Assembly: GCA_027486035.1 (NCBI GenBank)
Contig: JAIXPX010000045.1
Span: 22,101-86,100 of the forward strand
Direction: 5' to 3'
Source of the DNA: Erythrobacteraceae bacterium
GTDB taxonomy: Bacteria; Pseudomonadota; Alphaproteobacteria; Sphingomonadales; Sphingomonadaceae
Length of the DNA stretch: 64,000 nucleotides
This document shows, piece by piece, positions 57,025 to 64,000 of the stretch. The notes beneath the pieces are model-generated. The model was not told the DNA's origin, searched no databases, and saw only the letters and a program-made list of their open reading frames with translations. Position 1 is the first letter of the stretch. Each line of letters starts with the position of its first letter. The position numbers and the translations under genes are program-made.

Positions 57025-57448
57025 CTCCCCTGTCGCGAACCTTCAATCGGGCGACCGCAGGCGCGCAAAGCCCCCAGTAGTCGCGCCATTTTCCAGATGC
57101 CGTCCGAACCTCGGAGACTGGGGGACACGTCCAAAGCGGTCTCTGAACGCCTTTTGTCTCTGATCACCCGAACCCCGCCCCCGGCAGTTCGGGTTCAAAA
57201 TAGTCTGCGGTTACAGCGTTTTGGGCCGATAGACGGTCCGGAAGTTCGTGGGCGATATTCCACCCAATGTGCAGTTAGAGAAACCGAGGTGGAGGTAATG
57301 GCGCGCAATTCTGGGCGCGCATGGCCTGTCTGTCCGGACGGCAATCGCCAGCCTGATCGACCGCTTTAGGCTTTTTGTGGATAGAACCTCTCGTGGGGAC
57401 CGGTTGCGGACAGCCTGGCAAAGGTCCGCTTTCTGGCTCGGGCATCAA

Positions 57449-57472
57449 GACCGCTTCCGACCCATTGCGGAT
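57449..57472 (+). repeat. putative left recombination site of gene cassette
   Basis: GACCGCTTC-CGACCC-ATTGCGGAT. Confidence 0.6.
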
Positions 57473-57528
57473 ATCCAGTCTCTCTGCGGAGCCCTCTCAG
57501 AGTTCGGCGGCACGGACCATTAGGGTTG

Positions 57529-57888
57529 TTAAAAGAGTAATCGAGCGGGCGTGCCCGACAGCATCAGAATCGCCACCGCCAACTCGAAGGCGACTGCACC
57601 CCAGTTTTTGGTGTCGTTGCCGCTGTCAGCGAAGATGGAAATAATCCGTCCTATCGCTGCGCCGAGCCAGCACGTTCCCGCAGTCAGGAAGGCGTATGGG
57701 TTTTGGGAAACCAGCGGCACAGCGCCCAGAAACATGAATGTGACACCGAGCGTTCCTCGGAACTCGGCCCGCGCAGCAGGCGTGGAGGCGACCAGTCCGG
57801 TCAACGCAGAAGCCTTGTCGGGGAAGAACAGGCCAAGGCATCCCATAAGGACGGTGATTGTCGCTCCTGCATTGTTAAGCCAATCCAT
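57529..57888 (-). CDS. small four-TM membrane protein (DUF4345-like)
   Basis: hydrophobic helices, AEFRGTLG and GRIISIFAD motifs. Confidence 0.7.
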   Translation of the reverse strand: MDWLNNAGATITVLMGCLGLFFPDKASALTGLVASTPAARAEFRGTLGVTFMFLGAVPLVSQNPYAFLTAGTCWLGAAIGRIISIFADSGNDTKNWGAVAFELAVAILMLSGTPARLLF

Positions 57889-57992
57889 TCCACCACGCTC
57901 CTGTTGCGAAAGACCGGCGTGAGCTAGCGGAAGCGTTTCCATAGTGCTAGTACGCACCTTTTGGTGCCTGCCAAGCTCAAGGACGCAATCGA

Positions 57993-58331
57993 ATGAATGT
58001 GCAGCCGAATGTCATGTCGCAACGCTGTGCATCGCGTGTTTACATGGCTCTTCTCGCCGACAAGTGGTCGCTGCTCATCATCAATGCGCTGGGGGGAGGC
58101 CCGCGACGCAATGGCGAACTGGTTCGGTCGGTCGAAGGCATTTCCCAAAAGATGCTGACACAGACCTTGAGAACCTTGGAACAGTTGCACGTCGTACTCA
58201 GGACAGATCTTCAGACAATACCGCCGCACGTCAGTTACGAGCTTACCCCGCTTGGTAAGTCACTCAGGGGTGAAGCGGTCTCGTTCATTACGTGGGTAGA
58301 GAAGCATATGCCGGATTTGAGCAGCGGATAG
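57993..58331 (+). CDS. HxlR family winged-helix transcriptional regulator
   Basis: C...LLADKWSLLII, GISQKMLTQTLRTLE, PPHVSYELTPLG. Confidence 0.92.
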   Translation: MNVQPNVMSQRCASRVYMALLADKWSLLIINALGGGPRRNGELVRSVEGISQKMLTQTLRTLEQLHVVLRTDLQTIPPHVSYELTPLGKSLRGEAVSFITWVEKHMPDLSSG

Positions 58332-58337
58332 CCGCCG

Positions 58338-58361
58338 TTCCGCAATCCACCCCTAGCGGAC
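58338..58361 (+). repeat. putative right recombination site of gene cassette
   Basis: TTCCGCAAT-CCACCC-CTAGCGGAC. Confidence 0.6.
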
Positions 58362-58403
58362 TCTAGGAGTGTCTGCTTTCGGGCGTTCATCCGGGGGCAG
58401 GTG

Positions 58404-58805
58404 TCAGGCTCTATCCACCGGAAGCCCGAAGGCGGCGGCAACCTGCTCTGCCCAAGGCAGGTCGGCAATGGCCGTCAGGTCCTTGACCGACACCGCCAGT
58501 GGGCACCGCTGCAGCAGCAGTTTCTCGAGAACAGCCGGGGCCAGATAGGCCAGCTTGATCATCCGGCCGATGTAGCGGTCGGAGACATCTTCATCATAGG
58601 CCAGGTCGAGATTGGTGCTCGCCTGCCCGGACTCCAGCTTGCGCCGCCAGCTCCATGCCTTGGCGACGGCGCGCAGCACATGGGCCTCCACCGCGGCATC
58701 GTTGGCCTCCACCGGATTCGACGGCGGCATGATCTTGGGTCGGCCGTTCCGCTTGCGGATGGCCAGCGGGATGATGACCCGGATTGTGGTGGGCGCGACG
58801 CTCAT
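58404..58805 (-). CDS. recombinase-associated hypothetical protein with HTH-like region
   Basis: ATGA-coupled to the recombinase; KRNGRPKI, AWSWRRKLESG, YIGRMIKLAYLAP, LPWAEQ. Confidence 0.75.
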   Translation of the reverse strand: MSVAPTTIRVIIPLAIRKRNGRPKIMPPSNPVEANDAAVEAHVLRAVAKAWSWRRKLESGQASTNLDLAYDEDVSDRYIGRMIKLAYLAPAVLEKLLLQRCPLAVSVKDLTAIADLPWAEQVAAAFGLPVDRA

Positions 58806-60121
58806 GCCGCCATCTCCCGGCGCGGCGTCACCATCGCCCTGACTACCGACCCAAGCCCCTCGGTGCGCAGATCGACCGCCATGCCGTCGCTGCCGACCGT
58901 GACCCGCTCGACCAGCAGCCGTGCGATGCGCGCCTGCTCAGCCGGGAACAGGGACTCCCACAAGGCGTCGAAACCAGTCAGGGCCGCCACGACATCGGGC
59001 TGCTCGATCTCCGGGCATTCGCGCTGCGCGGCTTCGATCGCTCGCGCCGTGACCTCAGGCGTCAGCAGCAGCGTCCGGATCTGTTGGACGACGGCCGTCT
59101 CGACCATACCGGCAGGCAGCCGAACGAAGGTTTCGGTGTTCTCACCCGCGCGGTTCCGGATCGCGTCCATCGAGGTGTAGTAGCGATAAAGGCGGCTGCC
59201 CTTCTTCGACACGGTCGGCGTCATCGCGATGCCCTTCTCCGTGAATATCAGACCCTTCAGCAGCGCAGGCGTCTTGGCCCTGGTGTTTCCTGCCCGGGTG
59301 CGTGGGCTTTGCGCCAGCACCGACCTGACCTTGTCCCAGAGGGCCTGGTCGATGATGGCCTGATGCTCGCCGGGATAGCTGGTGCCCTTGTGGACGGCCT
59401 CGCCGAGGTACACCCGGTTGTTCAGGGCCTTGTAGAGGAAGCCCTTGTCGATGGCCTTGCCGCGCTTGTTCAGGGCACCTGCGGCGACCAGTTCCCGGGT
59501 CAGCAGCGTAGCCGATCCCAGCTCGACGAACCGCTCGAACATCCCTTTGATGGCCCGTGCCTCGGTCTCATTGATGATCAGCTTGCGGCCTACGACGTCG
59601 TAGCCCATCGGCACGAACCCGCCCATCCACATGCCCTTGCGGCGGGAGGCCGCGATCTTGTCGCGGATGCGTTCGCCGGTGACCTCACGCTCGAACTGGG
59701 CGAACGACAGCAGAATGTTGAGCGTCAGGCGGCCCATCGAGGTGGTGGTGTTGAACGACTGGGTGATTGAGATGAACGTCACCCCATGCTTGTCGAACAC
59801 TTCCACCAGCCGCGAAAAGTCCATCAGCGAGCGTGACAGGCGGTCGATTTTGTAGACCACCACCACGTCGACCAGCCAGTCCTCGATATCCTCGATCAGG
59901 GTCTTGAGACCCGGCCGATCAAGGGTGCCGCCGGAGAACCCGCCATCATCGTAATGTTCGCGCATGCACGCCCAGCCTTCGGCGCGCTGGCTGGCGATAT
60001 AGGCCTCACAGGACTCACGCTGGGCATCGAGGCTGTTGAACTCCATGTCGAGCCCCTCTTCGGAGCTCTTGCGGGTGTAGATGGCGCAGCGCAGGCGGCG
60101 CTTTGGTGCAGTTTCTGTCAT
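58802..60121 (-). CDS. large serine recombinase
   Basis: AIYTRKS catalytic Ser, SGGTLDRPGL, YKIDRLSRS, SFAQFERE, recombinase domain N..YLGE..GEHQAII. Confidence 0.95.
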   Translation of the reverse strand: MTETAPKRRLRCAIYTRKSSEEGLDMEFNSLDAQRESCEAYIASQRAEGWACMREHYDDGGFSGGTLDRPGLKTLIEDIEDWLVDVVVVYKIDRLSRSLMDFSRLVEVFDKHGVTFISITQSFNTTTSMGRLTLNILLSFAQFEREVTGERIRDKIAASRRKGMWMGGFVPMGYDVVGRKLIINETEARAIKGMFERFVELGSATLLTRELVAAGALNKRGKAIDKGFLYKALNNRVYLGEAVHKGTSYPGEHQAIIDQALWDKVRSVLAQSPRTRAGNTRAKTPALLKGLIFTEKGIAMTPTVSKKGSRLYRYYTSMDAIRNRAGENTETFVRLPAGMVETAVVQQIRTLLLTPEVTARAIEAAQRECPEIEQPDVVAALTGFDALWESLFPAEQARIARLLVERVTVGSDGMAVDLRTEGLGSVVRAMVTPRREMAA

Positions 60122-60576
60122 GCCGCATCCTTCCGTTCCCGCAAGCCGAAGAAGCGGTAGCCGTTCCACTGGGTGCCGGTGATGTCGCGGGCGACCGCCG
60201 ACAGCGACTTGTATCGCCGCCCCTGCCAATCGAACCCGTCCTTCAGCACGGTGATGACGTGCTCCGCTCCATCCCATTCGCGAACCAGCCGCGTTCCGAT
60301 CACCGGATTGCGCGGGTCGCTGATGACCGATTTCCGAACCTTCTTGCCCTCGACCTCATCGGCCAGTGCATCAAGCAGCCGCGCCACCGGCTTTGATGGT
60401 CCGCCCCAGGTTAGTTCCTGGATGCGGTAAGCGATCCGCTGTTCCAGGAACGGTCGGCTGTTGTTGGGCGCCTCCCTACCGATCAGCGTCTGCCATTCGG
60501 CCTTCAGCTCGTTGACTGTCATGGTCTTCAGCGCGGCCAGTCTGGCCAGCACCTGCATATTGTCATTATCTCGCAT
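60118..60576 (-). CDS. DUF2924 domain protein
   Basis: AYRIQE..GG, GTRLVREWDG, YKSLSAVARDITGTQWNGYRFFGL. Confidence 0.9.
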   Translation of the reverse strand: MRDNDNMQVLARLAALKTMTVNELKAEWQTLIGREAPNNSRPFLEQRIAYRIQELTWGGPSKPVARLLDALADEVEGKKVRKSVISDPRNPVIGTRLVREWDGAEHVITVLKDGFDWQGRRYKSLSAVARDITGTQWNGYRFFGLRERKDAA

Positions 60577-60794
60577 TATCGTCCTCCGATCCGGGCTTGT
60601 GCCCGGGGACGACTGACGCTCTTGGTGGCCGGGATAGCGAGTGAACTATCTCCGCAATGGTTAGATAAAGGACTGGACTGTTCGCGCATGCGCAGCACGC
60701 CGGCCGCCACGATACGGCCCAACTCGGAAAGCCGGTCGTCGGTCGAAAGATCTTCGGGCGGCGTGGCGTTCGGGCCACTGAGGGAGGATTGCAT
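60576..60794 (-). CDS. small hypothetical protein heading the recombinase operon
   Basis: stop overlaps the DUF2924 start (TAATG); RLSELGRIVAAGVLRM helix. Confidence 0.55.
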   Translation of the reverse strand: MQSSLSGPNATPPEDLSTDDRLSELGRIVAAGVLRMREQSSPLSNHCGDSSLAIPATKSVSRPRAQARIGGR

Positions 60795-60867
60795 AGAAGG
60801 GTCCGCATAAATGGCTGGGCGTCACGGGACGCCGCCTATGCGGATCCATCCCCTGATCAGTGAGGGG

Positions 60868-60896
60868 AGAATAATATGGGATATATCCCGCGTCAA
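60868..60896 (-). promoter_or_regulatory. promoter of recombinase operon with overlapping operator
   Basis: minus strand TTGACG-N17-TATTCT; TATGGGA-tata-TCCCGCG operator at 60875-60892. Confidence 0.65.
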
Positions 60897-60936
60897 CGCG
60901 TGATGGCTATCCAGCTTCCCGCAAAATGCAGGTTGG

Positions 60937-61662
60937 TCAGCGCCTGCGCTTAAACAGGTTCTGGTGCGAGCGCAGCACGATCCCGATGATGTTCACGCCC
61001 TCATCGTCATGATTATCCTGGTCTGGATTGCCGATGACGATCGGCTCCTGGAACTCGGCGCGGGTTGATTCCGCACGAAGAATGAAGTTGGCCCCATCAT
61101 GATCGAGACGTTTGCAGGTGAGCTCATGCAGGTCGTGCCGATCGCGCTGGACGATCACGATGTCGCCAGGCTGCGGTTCGACAAAGCCATAGGACACCCG
61201 AAGACATTCTAAGTCTGAGCCAGGCGCGATGATCTTGTCCATCGAATGACCTTCCATCCGCAGCGCGAACCGTTCGCCGCCAAGGACAGGATTAGGCCCA
61301 ACTTCAATAAAATAGCGGTCTTCTGCAGCCCAGTCGGTCTGTTCGCGCCAGACGCCAGCTGCCACTGCACCCACCACCTCGAGCGGCTCAAGGCCGCCTA
61401 TCATGCCGACACGCGGCATCAAGGTGGCGGTCGAAGGCACCAACTGCGAAATGTCCATCTCAAGCGCTTTGGCGAGACCCAGCACCGTTTCCAATTGAGG
61501 GTTGGCGCTCTTACCGCGGACAATGTCACGCACTAGATGCGGGCTCTTTCCCGCAGACGCCGCCAGCGAAAGCGAGCGCGCATTCCACTTCGCCCCGGAG
61601 GCCGTGGCCTTTTCCAGCACACTGCGAAGATGCGCGATGTCGAAAAGTGGTTTCTCTGTCAT
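60937..61662 (-). CDS. CI/LexA-like repressor (HTH plus S24 peptidase)
   Basis: HTH ..NPQLETVLGLAKAL, VAAG cleavage site, GHSM Ser, TCKR Lys. Confidence 0.9.
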   Translation of the reverse strand: MTEKPLFDIAHLRSVLEKATASGAKWNARSLSLAASAGKSPHLVRDIVRGKSANPQLETVLGLAKALEMDISQLVPSTATLMPRVGMIGGLEPLEVVGAVAAGVWREQTDWAAEDRYFIEVGPNPVLGGERFALRMEGHSMDKIIAPGSDLECLRVSYGFVEPQPGDIVIVQRDRHDLHELTCKRLDHDGANFILRAESTRAEFQEPIVIGNPDQDNHDDEGVNIIGIVLRSHQNLFKRRR

Positions 61663-61679
61663 GGCGCAGCTTTTAGCAC

Positions 61680-61753
61680 TGCGGGACAGTTCCCGCAATA
61701 TGCATTGATAAAGTAGGATGAGGATTGATATGTAGGATTCATCCCGTAATAAT
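61680..61753. promoter_or_regulatory. divergent cI/cro promoter-operator region
   Basis: TGCGGGA-cagt-TCCCGCA (61680-61697) and TGTAGGA-ttca-TCCCGTA (61731-61748); TTGATA-N17-AATAAT. Confidence 0.7.
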
Positions 61754-61759
61754 CTGGAT

Positions 61760-61972
61760 ATGACAACGCACCCGCTCCTCTCCGATATCGACGCATTCTT
61801 GCGGATTCATAAGCTCAGCGAGAGCGCCTTTGGTCGCCACGCCGTCAACGACTGGAAGCTGATTCGCCAGCTCAAGGCCGGCCGCCGGCTCTGGCCTGAC
61901 ACCGAAGCGCGGGTCCGAACCTTCATGATCACCTATCAGCCGACCCCGCGCCGGAAGAAGGCTGCCAAGTGA
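61760..61972 (+). CDS. small Cro-like DNA-binding protein
   Basis: 70 aa, divergent from the repressor; LSESAFGRHAVND..LIRQLKAGR HTH-like. Confidence 0.75.
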   Translation: MTTHPLLSDIDAFLRIHKLSESAFGRHAVNDWKLIRQLKAGRRLWPDTEARVRTFMITYQPTPRRKKAAK

Positions 61973-62772
61973 GCAGCGCCTTCGAACGCCATGGGCTCGA
62001 CCATCTGTCGGCGTCCTCGATCAACCTGTTCGTGGCGCAGCCCTCGATGTGGGCGATGCAGAAGCTGATGGGTCGCAAATCGACTGTCGGCCCTGCTGCG
62101 CACCGCGGCACTTCCATTGAGGCGGGTGTCGAGATGGGATTGTTCGATCCTACCGCTTCGGTCGAGGCCTGTCAGGAACTGGCGATTGCCCGGTTCAACC
62201 AGCTGACCGCGCTGTCTGGCAACCCGAATGTTGACAAGGAACGCGCAGCCATCGCCCCGGCCGTCGCCATTGGTCTGGCCGAACTGCGCCAATACGGTGT
62301 TCCGGAAGCTGCCGACGGCAATCGCCAGCACCGGATTGAAGTGGCGCTTCCCGGCGTGCCTGTGCCGTTCATCGGCTGGCTCGACTTCTGGTTTCCCGAA
62401 CACGGCATCATTGTCGACCTCAAGACGCAAGCTCGCCTCTCGTCGAAGATCTCCGATCCCCATTCTCGGCAAGGCGCGATCTACCATGCCGCCCATGGCA
62501 ATGCCGAGATCCGCTTTGCTTACGTCACGCCCCAGAAGGTCGGCGTCTACCGGCTCGATGATCCCCGGTCGCACCTCGCCCGGGTGGTGAGCATTGCCCA
62601 GTCGATCGAACGATTCCTGTCGCTGTCGGAACACGGGGCGGAACTGACCCGGTCGCTCTCACCGGACTTCGACAGCTTTTACTGGAACGACCCGGCCGCT
62701 CGCCAAGCGGCTGAGGAAATTTGGGGATCATCCCCCGAAGGCGATGCCGCCTGCCTGAACGCGGCGACTTGA
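61969..62772 (+). CDS. PD-(D/E)XK (RecB-like) phage exonuclease
   Basis: HLSASSINLF, RGT, GWLDF, IVDLKT, Q..IY motifs. Confidence 0.78.
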   Translation: MSSAFERHGLDHLSASSINLFVAQPSMWAMQKLMGRKSTVGPAAHRGTSIEAGVEMGLFDPTASVEACQELAIARFNQLTALSGNPNVDKERAAIAPAVAIGLAELRQYGVPEAADGNRQHRIEVALPGVPVPFIGWLDFWFPEHGIIVDLKTQARLSSKISDPHSRQGAIYHAAHGNAEIRFAYVTPQKVGVYRLDDPRSHLARVVSIAQSIERFLSLSEHGAELTRSLSPDFDSFYWNDPAARQAAEEIWGSSPEGDAACLNAAT

Positions 62773-62791
62773 GAAAAGAGGAAACAGGAAC

Positions 62792-63448
62792 ATGGGTTTC
62801 ATGACAGCCCCGTCTGGTGGCGGGGATTTCAAGGTGTTTGTCTCGTATAATGCGAAGGCAGGACGCTGGTACACAAAGCGCGACGGCAAGGACGAACCAC
62901 AGTTCGAGGTCACCGACATGACAGCGGTGTTCGACATGCCGGGCCTCAAAACCGGCTGGTTCAAGTTCGCTTCCGGGGTCGCGCCGGAAAAAGTCATGGA
63001 CCCCTCGTTCACGGCAGCGGCTGTCAATCCTGGCCAGGACTTCAAGCGCGGATTTGTGCTCGACTTGTTCAGCGACAAAAACCTGCTCGGCGTCCGGGAG
63101 TTCTCGTCCACGGCCAGTATCGTCATCGACGCGATGAACGACCTCTACGATGCATGGATGGCAGCGCCCGAAGCGGCCACCGGCCAGTTGCCGGTCGTCC
63201 GCTGTGTTGGCGTCTTTCCGGTCACCAACAAGCACGGCACCAACTACCAGCCCAAGTTCGAGATCGTCGGCTGGACCGCACGTCCCGAGGCGCTGGGCGA
63301 TAGTGACCATCCGGCACCGCCTGCGCCGGCCCAGGTCGCCCAGGTGCCAGCAGCACCATCACCGGCAGCAACGCCACCGACCCCTGCTGCTCCTGCCACG
63401 CACATGCCGCCTCCCGTAGCCGCTGCGCCCGGCGCACCGCTGTTCTGA
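62792..63448 (+). CDS. phage-type hypothetical protein (possible ssDNA-binding/annealing protein)
   Basis: good RBS; aromatic beta-rich core (NYQPKFEIVGW) with Pro/Ala tail ending in F; lies between nuclease and primase. Confidence 0.6.
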   Translation: MGFMTAPSGGGDFKVFVSYNAKAGRWYTKRDGKDEPQFEVTDMTAVFDMPGLKTGWFKFASGVAPEKVMDPSFTAAAVNPGQDFKRGFVLDLFSDKNLLGVREFSSTASIVIDAMNDLYDAWMAAPEAATGQLPVVRCVGVFPVTNKHGTNYQPKFEIVGWTARPEALGDSDHPAPPAPAQVAQVPAAPSPAATPPTPAAPATHMPPPVAAAPGAPLF

Positions 63449-63524
63449 GCGGCCCTTTGGAAGCCCGGACGGCCGCGTCGTCGTCCGGGCTTCCCAATAT
63501 CAAGAATGAGAGGGTGCCGTGACC

Positions 63525-64000
63525 ATGTCGCGCCGGATCGAAATCGGCAGTGTGGATATTGAAGCGATCAAGGATCAGTATCCGCTGGCCGAGACGGTTG
63601 GCCGTCATGTTGTCCTCAAGCGCCGCGGCCACCAGCTTATTGGCCTTTGCCCGTTCCACGACGAGCGCACTCCGTCGTTCACTGTCTACCCGCAGGATCA
63701 GCGCTACCATTGCTATGGCTGCGCCGCGCATGGCGACATCTTCGACTTCCTTTTGGCCCTTGAGGGGCTCGACATTCGGGCTGCTGCCGAGCAGCTGACG
63801 GGCGGGACATTCCCGGTCATGTCAGCTGATCGCGTGGCCGAACTCCAATCCCGTCAGGCGCGGTTCGAGGCCGAACAGGCGGTGCGCCGCGATGTGGCAA
63901 TGCGCCAGGCGCGCGAGCGTTGGATTGCTGCGGACCCGACCTATGCCAGCCATCCCTATCTGACGGCCAAAGCCATCAGGCCCAGCGGCACGCGCTTGGA
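63525..64000 (+). CDS. CHC2 zinc-finger DNA primase-like protein (partial, runs off window)
   Basis: manual translation GLCPFHDERTPSF..YHCYGC..HGDIFDF..HPYLTAKAI; no stop before 64000. Confidence 0.88.
   Translation, partial: MSRRIEIGSVDIEAIKDQYPLAETVGRHVVLKRRGHQLIGLCPFHDERTPSFTVYPQDQRYHCYGCAAHGDIFDFLLALEGLDIRAAAEQLTGGTFPVMSADRVAELQSRQARFEAEQAVRRDVAMRQARERWIAADPTYASHPYLTAKAIRPSGTRL

Larger units (their letters stand above)
57025..64000. mobile_element. integrated prophage-like/integrative element at tRNA-Ser (continues beyond window)
   Basis: host gene order ends at the tRNA; large serine recombinase, DUF2924, CI/Cro-like pair, nuclease and primase follow; composition visibly less GC-rich. 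Confidence 0.85.

Noticed and set aside
56941-57369. 142-aa ORF starting MAEWFKAAVLKT (also 19111-19389)
   Set aside because: Translation through tRNA genes; spurious.
57449-58361. Interpretation of the cassette sites as integron attC or pdif sites
   Set aside because: No RYYYAAC/GTTRRRY ends or long attC hairpin, no XerD arm, and no IntI in the window; kept as an unclassified site family.
61969-62772. Cas4-like nuclease suggesting CRISPR-Cas
   Set aside because: No Fe-S cysteine cluster, no other cas genes, and no repeat-spacer array seen in the window; the context is a phage-like early operon.

Overview
GC-rich alphaproteobacterial chromosome segment. Gene content and order point to Sphingomonadales/Erythrobacteraceae (inference). 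Positions 1-57 kb are mostly conserved housekeeping genes: gltX, comEC, lexA, moeA/moaC, trpCDGE, ppiD, tpiA, secG, pyrG, ibpA, grxC, pdhAB, trmFO, gyrA, lipA, ispDF, dusB-ntrBC-ntrYX-hfq-hflX, mazG, tatD, metG, holB, tmk, a dacA-like and an mltB-like gene. This part also holds tRNA-Arg(CCT), tRNA-Ser(TGA) and a XerCD dif-like site at 49643-49670, so the window probably spans the replication terminus. Directly after tRNA-Ser begins an integrated element that runs off the window end. It carries a large serine recombinase/DUF2924 operon, a CI/Cro-type switch with shared palindromic operators, a PD-(D/E)XK nuclease, an unknown protein and a CHC2 primase. The most interesting signal is an 889-bp two-gene unit (membrane protein plus HxlR regulator) near the element's left end. 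It is bracketed by two related CCGC-N12-GCGGA sites whose arms re-assort into a perfect 8-bp palindrome on in-silico excision, which looks like an integrated circular gene cassette of a non-integron type. Other points: a tandem two-domain Hfq, a nonsense-interrupted TadG/TadE chimeric relic, a ROSE thermometer with an RpoH promoter, and a candidate structured sRNA after pyrG. Start codons were chosen by eye, and no database searches were run.
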